IMG/VR virus record: IMGVR_UViG_3300030059_002417
Location: 1-40,827 of that record
DNA from: a virus
Taxonomy: Duplodnaviria > Caudoviricetes
Length of the DNA stretch: 40,827 nt
Direction: 5' to 3' (one strand)
In this document: one piece after another, positions 9,704 to 15,841 of the stretch
Layout: every line of letters starts with the position of its first letter
Position numbering within the stretch: position 1 is the first letter of the stretch
Position numbers and translations under genes: made by a program
Notes under the pieces: generated by a model
What the model was told of the DNA's origin: nothing
The model's database searches: none
What the model saw: the letters and a program-made list of their open reading frames with translations, nothing else

Positions 9704-9795
9704 AAGAATTCATTCAAGACTTAATAGGAGCCACTATTGTAGTGGCTCTTCCATTCGCTTTATTATGGGGAGCTTACATATGGGAAGCAATATAA
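9700..9795 (+). CDS. Small membrane peptide (31 aa), not in ORF track
   Basis: MKEFIQDLIGATIVVALPFALLWGAYIWEAI; ATGA overlap with the previous stop. Confidence 0.5.
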   Translation: MKEFIQDLIGATIVVALPFALLWGAYIWEAI

Positions 9796-9974
9796 CTAAT
9801 AAAGAACTTTCTAAGATAACCGACGTTCAAATATCTCAAGAGATAAAGAGGTTTCAAGAAGAATTAAACAATAGGAATAAAGATCGAAACGCAGAACAAG
9901 GTCTTTTCGAAAATGAGATTTGCTTAACCTACAGTTCTTATCTTTACAAACTCAAGTATAAGTTAGCAAAGTAA
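9780..9974 (+). CDS. Early hypothetical protein
   Basis: Start MGSNITNK after GGGGAG RBS, within track ORF 9681..9974. Confidence 0.55.
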   Translation: MGSNITNKELSKITDVQISQEIKRFQEELNNRNKDRNAEQGLFENEICLTYSSYLYKLKYKLAK

Positions 9975-9982
9975 CGATCAAA

Positions 9983-10007
9983 GCCTCTTCGGAGGCCTTT
10001 TTCTTTT
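9983..10007 (+). terminator. Rho-independent terminator
   Basis: GCCTC-TTCG-GAGGC followed by CTTTTTCTTTT. Confidence 0.8.
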
Positions 10008-10081
10008 CAGGCAAAAACCTGGGGCTAATCAAACCATTTATATATTATTAATAGTTCTTGTTAGTACCAGTAAAAGGGAAG

Positions 10082-10171
10082 CCCGATCCCGAACTATAAA
10101 TCCCCGAACCCCGAAGCCCGAAGCCCGAACTGATAACCATTGGTGCAAAAATCCGACCAGCAGCAACCCGA
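10082..10171. repeat. CCCGA repeat cluster 1
   Basis: 7 CCCGA copies; four at 7-bp period (10103, 10110, 10117, 10124). Confidence 0.85.
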
Positions 10172-10200
10172 CCGAATATAAAAATATTTATATAAAGGGC

Positions 10201-10228
10201 TTGTTTAATGTATAAAAATCTTTATACT
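10201..10228 (+). promoter_or_regulatory. sigma70-like early promoter P2
   Basis: (C)TTGTTT-16bp-TATACT with AT-rich upstream tract. Confidence 0.55.
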
Positions 10229-10265
10229 AAAGTTATTGTTAATGTAATTGAAAGGACTGAAAACA

Positions 10266-10406
10266 ATGACACAAAATCAATTTTTATGGTTATGTAATAG
10301 AAACACAGTCGATCCAGACGTTGCTTTGGAAAACGACGATTTGAGAAACGCATTGCAAGCAAGGGACGATGCAAAAGTAGAAAAAATCTTTATGGAGGAA
10401 TTTTAA
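10266..10406 (+). CDS. Small early protein (46 aa), not in ORF track
   Basis: MTQNQFLWLCNRNTVDPDVALENDDLRNALQARDDAKVEKIFMEEF; GAAAGGA RBS. Confidence 0.7.
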   Translation: MTQNQFLWLCNRNTVDPDVALENDDLRNALQARDDAKVEKIFMEEF

Positions 10407-10408
10407 AA

Positions 10409-10579
10409 ATGGTTATCGAAGAAATCAAAAATGAGGGTTACGCACCCGTTTATCATGTCGAAGACGACGGCTGTATTCAAGAGTTTGACACGCTTAAAGG
10501 TGCTCAAGAATTTGTAAATTATGTGCAAGGTTCAAAAGAGTACAAAACAGCAATTCATAAAATGTTGGAGGTTCTTTAA
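10409..10579 (+). CDS. Small early protein (56 aa), not in ORF track
   Basis: MVIEEIKNEGYAPVYHVEDD...; GGAGG RBS; TAATG coupling to the next gene. Confidence 0.65.
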   Translation: MVIEEIKNEGYAPVYHVEDDGCIQEFDTLKGAQEFVNYVQGSKEYKTAIHKMLEVL

Positions 10580-10785
10580 TGTGGACACATATGGAGGATC
10601 TTAAAACAAATTCGGATGCTTTAACGCTAGCTTTAACGCTAGCTTTAACAGCACCTACCGAAATTAAGGCGAAAGAATGCATCAAATATGCTGAAATGAT
10701 TGCATCTAAAATGACAGAAAAAGAAGTGGCTATTTGTCAAAAGGCCGCAAAATGCGTAACTGAATATATGGAGGTTTACAAATGA
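10579..10785 (+). CDS. Early hypothetical protein, paralog of 14605..14802
   Basis: LTLALTLALT...IASKMTEKEV matches the second copy. Confidence 0.75.
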   Translation: MWTHMEDLKTNSDALTLALTLALTAPTEIKAKECIKYAEMIASKMTEKEVAICQKAAKCVTEYMEVYK

Positions 10786-11057
10786 ACGTATCAAATATGA
10801 CATCTAACAGAGGGAATAAAGTTCCAAATCAATTCTCAATAATGGACGGAAACAAATCCTACTTCCAAAGTTATCAAACAATTATCGCCATGAAGGACAC
10901 TTCTGGCGACGATTGCCAAACCTATTTGGATTTTGATAGATGGGATTATTCAGTTACTACGTCGAAGTATCGCAATAAATGGCTTGGTATGAATACAGGC
11001 CAGATCAAAAAAGCAATTGATACAGGCGAAATTATCCTAAGAGATTTAAACAAATGA
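10782..11057 (+). CDS. Early hypothetical protein
   Basis: GGAGG RBS; FQSY.TIIA...WDYSVTTSKYRN. Confidence 0.75.
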   Translation: MNVSNMTSNRGNKVPNQFSIMDGNKSYFQSYQTIIAMKDTSGDDCQTYLDFDRWDYSVTTSKYRNKWLGMNTGQIKKAIDTGEIILRDLNK

Positions 11058-11224
11058 TCCCTTTGAAAAAAGAAATCGCAACCCTAGTTCGAACTCGGAT
11101 TAGGGAAGCACTCAAAGCAACCAACAACAACAAGGTTCAGGCCTCGAAGCTGTTAGGTTTAAAGAACTATCAAACCCTTAACAATTGGATCAAGAAATCT
11201 TGGAACCTGGAGGATAACAGATGA
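11054..11224 (+). CDS. Fis-family (HTH_8) helix-turn-helix protein, 56 aa, not in ORF track
   Basis: IREALKATNNNKVQASKLLGLKNYQTLNNW matches the Fis/NtrC C-terminal HTH; ATGA overlaps at both ends. Confidence 0.7.
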   Translation: MIPLKKEIATLVRTRIREALKATNNNKVQASKLLGLKNYQTLNNWIKKSWNLEDNR

Positions 11225-11433
11225 CTAGACAAGAACTGATTAAAGCTATGGATGATGGTCTAGAAGTGCGTTGGAAAAATGACGGTTACGAGTGTTACAA
11301 AGATACGTTTCCTAGTGGCAATAGTGAATACCGAACAACGTTTATACATAACGGTTACACAATAGGTATCTTTCACAGAGATAACATTGGAATGAATTTA
11401 GATCCAAGAGATTGTTATCTTAAGACTAAATAA
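11221..11433 (+). CDS. Early hypothetical protein
   Basis: GGAGG RBS; 70 aa; last gene of the P2 operon. Confidence 0.7.
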   Translation: MTRQELIKAMDDGLEVRWKNDGYECYKDTFPSGNSEYRTTFIHNGYTIGIFHRDNIGMNLDPRDCYLKTK

Positions 11434-11441
11434 TCAAGAAC

Positions 11442-11551
11442 CTTGCATCCGGCAGCAGTCGGGTGTAAGATTATCGGACTTGTTAGTTCTCCAATTCTAT
11501 CAAGGGGGCAAGTACTAACAGTCCTTTCATAATTGTAATAGTACTTGTCCC
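11442..11551 (+). ncRNA. Candidate three-hairpin small RNA with anti-Shine-Dalgarno loops
   Basis: Hairpins at 11442-11469, 11479-11504 and 11505-11551; G-U pairs favour the + strand; loops TTCTCCAATT and CCTTTCATA. Confidence 0.5.
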
Positions 11552-11630
11552 GATTACCCCGAACCCCGAATCACCCGAAAAATATCCCCGAAGCCCGAAG
11601 CCCGAACCAATGGTTCAAGGTCAAGCCCGA
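11549..11630. repeat. CCCGA repeat cluster 2
   Basis: 8 CCCGA copies; shares CCCCGAAGCCCGAAGCCCGAAC (11586-11607) with 10109-10130. Confidence 0.85.
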
Positions 11631-11937
11631 CCTCGGATAAGGGACCAGCCGAGCCACCGTCAAATAAAAATAGACCACGCTCCCCGACCCCCTTTACCAA
11701 GATAAAATTTACTCCCCCCTTGTGAGAGTACGAAGTATTCCACGCAATCTGGTGAGGAGACAACGAAACCTTGTTATTTTTTGTTACTTTAAGTTCCAAC
11801 CAAAAAGCCAAACCATCCCATATAATATGAACATCGGGAACTCCACCCCCATGACGGTTTTCTATACGAGTTGAGAATGAATTAGGTGGGAGGTTCTTGC
11901 GTACTGTGTTCCAAAAGTTTCCCTCTGGTGTTCCCAT
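11554..11937 (-). CDS. VRR-NUC / Holliday junction resolvase-like PD-(D/E)xK nuclease
   Basis: RIEN...GVPD...FWLELK...LSPHQIAW. Confidence 0.85.
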   Translation of the reverse strand: MGTPEGNFWNTVRKNLPPNSFSTRIENRHGGGVPDVHIIWDGLAFWLELKVTKNNKVSLSPHQIAWNTSYSHKGGVNFILVKGVGERGLFLFDGGSAGPLSEVGLDLEPLVRASGFGDIFRVIRGSG

Positions 11938-12439
11938 TTTTTACCTCTGTAAACTCCCCTTCGATAAACGCTTGAGGATATTGTTTTCTTAATTGAACAA
12001 GCCGAGCGGTTATGTCCTCTCTAGACAGATCATCAAGAGAATGAATGTTTTCCCTTCGATCCACAGTGAGTCCCCCCAAGGCACTGCGGATTTTCTCCGC
12101 ATTTATAGCACTGGAGAATTGTCCAGCATCTTCTGCTCCTTCGGATAATTCCTGCAAACGTTTAAGTTGTCCAATAACTGAGACTCCATAACGACGTTCA
12201 CGTTCCTGCCGCAGTTCGGTAATATACTCAACAACGTGAGGATACGACTTTCCATTTAACAATGTGCTTGCTGAGATACGAGCCACTTTTGGAGAATAAC
12301 CAGCTTTTCTGGCACACTCGGCATTGGAATATATTCCCTCGACATAATGTCGTGCGAACTCACGCTGACGATTAGTCAGCTTGCGATCTTGATTTTCTTC
12401 GACATCCCTTGCGATGGTATTTGCAGTGCGAGTAACCAT
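11882..12439 (-). CDS. terS: Terminase small subunit
   Basis: LTNRQREFARHYV...NAECARKAGYS HTH typical of Terminase_2; start probably MVTRTA rather than the track start. Confidence 0.8.
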   Translation of the reverse strand: MVTRTANTIARDVEENQDRKLTNRQREFARHYVEGIYSNAECARKAGYSPKVARISASTLLNGKSYPHVVEYITELRQERERRYGVSVIGQLKRLQELSEGAEDAGQFSSAINAEKIRSALGGLTVDRRENIHSLDDLSREDITARLVQLRKQYPQAFIEGEFTEVKNGNTRGKLLEHSTQEPPT

Positions 12440-12518
12440 GAGTTTTATATACAGTCTTCTGAAAAGAAATACAAAAAGAAATTTATCAAAAACGTAAAAC
12501 ACGACTGATCGGTCGTAG

Positions 12519-12689
12519 AAGTGTTACAAACGGGACAAAAGAGAAGATAATTGGGACAAACTTTTTTCAACTATATAACGCTGTAATAGACACTTGTCCC
12601 GTTTGTAACACTTGTCCCACTATAATTAAGTAAAAAAAATAAAAAAATCATTTCTTTCTACACCTCCTATAGTGCAACTCGTGGGACAA
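12519..12689. other. Origin-like element: 20-bp inverted repeat, GGGACAA iterons, AT-rich tract
   Basis: AAGTGTTACAAACGGGACAA (12519-12538) and its perfect complement (12594-12613); GGGACAA x3 and TTGTCCC x2; AT-rich 12621-12660. Confidence 0.55.
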
Positions 12690-12723
12690 ATCGGTGTATA
12701 AAAAATATTCTGAGACAAAAGGC

Positions 12724-12752
12724 TTGATCTTTCGTTAAATGTAGCCTAAACT
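12724..12752 (+). promoter_or_regulatory. sigma70-like early promoter P3
   Basis: (C)TTGATC-17bp-TAAACT. Confidence 0.6.
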
Positions 12753-12784
12753 AGTCGGATAAGCATTTTAATTGGAGAACGAAA

Positions 12785-13249
12785 ATGAACTTAGAACTAA
12801 AGAATATTAAATACAGCGACTTTGCTTCCGAGGAGACCAATTGTTATAGAGGTCATTTATATATTGATGGCAAGAAGATTGCTATTGTTTCAAATGACGG
12901 TCGTGGTGGTTGTGATTACTTCCACGCTGAAGAGGGTGTTTCCCCTACGATTGAACGAGAAATCCTTGCGTATTTCAAAACACTTCCAAACGTCCCTTGT
13001 GAGTATATTAAAGGTGGTCTTTCCCATGACCTAGAGTCGTGGTGCGGTGAGCAAGTTACAAAGTTTTTGGCATCGAAGGATTTGAAGCGTCGTTTAAAAA
13101 AGGGGTCGATGATCAAGGACGGTGATTCCTTACATTCGTGGAAAGGTTTTCTTGCTTCGGATGATATCAAGAAGCATTATCCCAAAGCAATTATTTTTAA
13201 TGATCTGTCTTTTGACGAGGCACTAACACTTTACATGGGAGAAGCGTAA
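12785..13249 (+). CDS. Early hypothetical protein
   Basis: GGAGAA RBS; SEETNCY...NDGRGG. Confidence 0.8.
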   Translation: MNLELKNIKYSDFASEETNCYRGHLYIDGKKIAIVSNDGRGGCDYFHAEEGVSPTIEREILAYFKTLPNVPCEYIKGGLSHDLESWCGEQVTKFLASKDLKRRLKKGSMIKDGDSLHSWKGFLASDDIKKHYPKAIIFNDLSFDEALTLYMGEA

Positions 13250-13626
13250 TGGATTTTAATAAATCAACATTGCAAGTTATTCGGGAGAAGATGCAAGAAG
13301 CGTTGAACGACGTAAGCTGTTTCCATTCTCTTGCAGATTTAAACTTTGTCGTAGGGAATTGTTCTTATGATGAACACAGTGCAACGTTCAAGGTCACTAT
13401 TAGTAATGAGGGTGGAGTGTCGAAAGAGGAGCGAGATTTGGAGCAGATGGCTCGTCTTCATGAGTTAGATGTGAACAAGGTTTCCACGATTAGTGGAAAT
13501 ATCAAGGTTACACTTTCTGGATTTCGTTCTCGTGCGAGGAGCAAACCTTACATGGTTCGATCTGTTGATGATCCGAGCAAGCAGTTTATTATTACGACGA
13601 AACAAGCGAAGGAGATGTTTTCATGA
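13249..13626 (+). CDS. Early hypothetical protein
   Basis: TAATG coupling; 125 aa. Confidence 0.75.
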   Translation: MDFNKSTLQVIREKMQEALNDVSCFHSLADLNFVVGNCSYDEHSATFKVTISNEGGVSKEERDLEQMARLHELDVNKVSTISGNIKVTLSGFRSRARSKPYMVRSVDDPSKQFIITTKQAKEMFS

Positions 13627-13928
13627 AGGGCGTTAATATTACAACAACAGATGATCGACCATTGTTCTTATGTGAATGGGACGGTGGTTCATTGACCGAG
13701 GTTCATACTCGTGAGAGTTTAAAATCTCAGTATGGCGATACAAATTTATATGACCCACTAGACATTGAGGATGGTGGGCATTTGTGGATCAAATGGACAA
13801 ATGGCAAATCTGTTTATCCTTCGATGGCGACGTTTGATGAGGTTATTGATGACATGTGTTTATCGATGCTTGCCGATCGCACGACAGATTATAGTTGCGA
13901 TAACATGAAGATTGCGAGGATCCGATGA
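13623..13928 (+). CDS. Early hypothetical protein
   Basis: AAGGAG RBS; ATGA overlap. Confidence 0.7.
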   Translation: MKGVNITTTDDRPLFLCEWDGGSLTEVHTRESLKSQYGDTNLYDPLDIEDGGHLWIKWTNGKSVYPSMATFDEVIDDMCLSMLADRTTDYSCDNMKIARIR

Positions 13929-14203
13929 CCTTTGAGCAATTTCAAAAAACCAGAGAGGTTTTGACATTAGATCATCCTCATCATGGGGAGGTCGATGTTT
14001 ATGCGTACAATGTTGATCTTTCACTGATGGCGAGGGATTTTCCAGAGACAACAGATGATGTTTTACACATTGTTATTAATGAGGATGTGAGACCCACGCT
14101 TTATGAATTGACCTTGGATCGCTCTGATTTTGAGAGTGATGATTTGGGTCAGTTGGAGAAGTGGCTCTATGACTTTTCGATTGTTGAGGGGTTTGTACAA
14201 TGA
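13925..14203 (+). CDS. Early acidic hypothetical protein
   Basis: GAGGA RBS; ATGA overlap. Confidence 0.7.
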   Translation: MTFEQFQKTREVLTLDHPHHGEVDVYAYNVDLSLMARDFPETTDDVLHIVINEDVRPTLYELTLDRSDFESDDLGQLEKWLYDFSIVEGFVQ

Positions 14204-14529
14204 TGATAAATCGTTTTATTGATGCAAGAATGATGGCGAGGGATTTTCCAGAGACGTTTCAAGTTCCGAGTTCCGAGGAGATTGCGACATTGAACGTTGG
14301 AGATTTCGTGAAGGTTGCGTGTGAATTCAAGGTTGGTGGAGAGAGGTTTTGGGTTCAGATATTTGAGGTTGGCGAGAAGCGACGATGGTTCAAGGGCGAT
14401 ATATCGAATGTTCTTGGCACTGATCTTTTGGAGTCTTGGAAAGAGGGGCTTGTTGGAAACGAGGTTTTGGTTTTTGCTGACAACATTTACGATTACACCT
14501 ACGCAGAAGCAAACGAAGAAACGGCATAG
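14200..14529 (+). CDS. Early hypothetical protein
   Basis: FPETFQVPS...VGDFVKV...ERFWVQI; possibly SH3-like barrel. Confidence 0.7.
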   Translation: MMINRFIDARMMARDFPETFQVPSSEEIATLNVGDFVKVACEFKVGGERFWVQIFEVGEKRRWFKGDISNVLGTDLLESWKEGLVGNEVLVFADNIYDYTYAEANEETA

Positions 14530-14538
14530 CAGTGAATA

Positions 14539-14568
14539 GGCGACCTTGGTTATGGGGTCGCCCTTTTT
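14539..14568 (+). terminator. Rho-independent terminator
   Basis: GGCGACCTT...GGGGTCGCC followed by CTTTTT. Confidence 0.75.
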
Positions 14569-14604
14569 GTGCAATGACGCACGAATCCAGAGTAGGAGAA
14601 CAAC

Positions 14605-14802
14605 ATGGATATTAAAACAACTTCAGAAGCATTTACACTTGCGTTGACGTTAGCCGTAACGGGGACTGACGAAGCGAAGGTAAAAAAGTGCAAAGAAATG
14701 GCAGAATATTTGGCATCTCAAATGACAGATAAGGAAGTGGAGTTATGTTTCGCTTCGGCAGAGCGAGCCATTCAGTATGCAGAGGAGTATTCACATGGGT
14801 AA
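14605..14802 (+). CDS. Hypothetical protein, paralog of 10579..10785
   Basis: AGGAG RBS; FTLALTLAVT...LASQMTDKEV. Confidence 0.75.
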   Translation: MDIKTTSEAFTLALTLAVTGTDEAKVKKCKEMAEYLASQMTDKEVELCFASAERAIQYAEEYSHG

Positions 14803-14989
14803 AGTTAAGAATTGGTTATTCGGCATAGAAGAAGATGCCATGACAATGGGTCGTGATGCGTGGATTGAGGAGCATGGCGACAGCAACATTGATGTTTATG
14901 AACGTGTGAATGACGAGATATCCAGAGAGATGGCGATGCACATGTTGAATGGCTTAAACGATCTTTTGTATGGTCGTGAAGCCTCATGA
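14795..14989 (+). CDS. Hypothetical protein
   Basis: Start MGKVKNWL after GAGGAG. Confidence 0.7.
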   Translation: MGKVKNWLFGIEEDAMTMGRDAWIEEHGDSNIDVYERVNDEISREMAMHMLNGLNDLLYGREAS

Positions 14990-15153
14990 TAACCGAGGTT
15001 CAATGTTCAAGCTGCGATGGGGAAGGTCAGGTTTACTATGACTTTCCTGTCGTGGATTATGAAAATGGTGGATGGCTAGAGCAACGATTGGACGCTTGCG
15101 AAGATTGCGACGGCTCTGGTTTTATAGAAATGGAGATCGAAGATGACGAGTGA
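14986..15153 (+). CDS. Small DnaJ-type zinc-finger protein (55 aa), not in ORF track
   Basis: CSSCDGEG...CEDCDGSG, two CxxCxGxG motifs. Confidence 0.7.
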   Translation: MITEVQCSSCDGEGQVYYDFPVVDYENGGWLEQRLDACEDCDGSGFIEMEIEDDE

Positions 15154-15210
15154 AGATATAGAAAAGGCGATAGCTGGAGCTTTTAAAAAATATTTTAAGG
15201 GAGAATTATA

Positions 15211-15669
15211 ATGCCGAATCATTGTACGAATGAGGTTACGATAAACTTTAAGGATTTGGAACAGAAGGAAGCGTTTCGAAAGTGGGTGGATAATGGAGAT
15301 GATAATCCCCTCGATTTTGAAAGAATACTTCCTTATCCAAAGGGAATAGAAACTGTGACTGATATCTTATCTGGCAAGAAAAAGAAAGTTGTGGTCGGTG
15401 GCGAGTGGAATCATGCGTGGTGTTCCGAAAACTGGGGAACAAAATGGAATTCCTACAGTTGGGAAGATTTTAACGATCCCTGGGAAGATGAGGATGACGA
15501 GGAATACGTTGATTTGAAATTCGAAACGGCATGGGGACCACCGACAGGAATTCTGGAAAAAATCCATGAGAAGTTTCCAGACTTGCCATACATCCGATGG
15601 TTTTATCGTGACGAAGCTGACATGTTTTGTGGATATCTGGATGCAGATGTGGGGATTTCAAATGCCTAA
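15211..15669 (+). CDS. DUF1281/YubB ferredoxin-like family protein
   Basis: MPNHCTN start; WCSENWGTKWN and FETAWGPP motifs. Confidence 0.75.
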   Translation: MPNHCTNEVTINFKDLEQKEAFRKWVDNGDDNPLDFERILPYPKGIETVTDILSGKKKKVVVGGEWNHAWCSENWGTKWNSYSWEDFNDPWEDEDDEEYVDLKFETAWGPPTGILEKIHEKFPDLPYIRWFYRDEADMFCGYLDADVGISNA

Positions 15670-15841
15670 AATAAAAGAACTAGTCCCACGATGCGATGAG
15701 TGCAATTCAAAAGATGTGTACAGAAAGCAAGACGCATCTTGGAGCAAGAAAACACAAGGTTGGACACAAGTTGAAAGTATCGAATACTACTGCCTCCAGT
15801 GTGGAAATTCTAGAGTGGATGTTGGGGAGGAGTTTTATTAA
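15662..15841 (+). CDS. Small zinc-ribbon protein
   Basis: CDEC...CLQC; TAATG coupling to the MTase. Confidence 0.65.
   Translation: MPKIKELVPRCDECNSKDVYRKQDASWSKKTQGWTQVESIEYYCLQCGNSRVDVGEEFY

Noticed and set aside
8625-12785. tRNA or other known RNA genes in intergenic gaps
   Set aside because: No cloverleaf with a T-loop consensus was found by eye; a tRNAscan/Infernal run would be needed to exclude them fully
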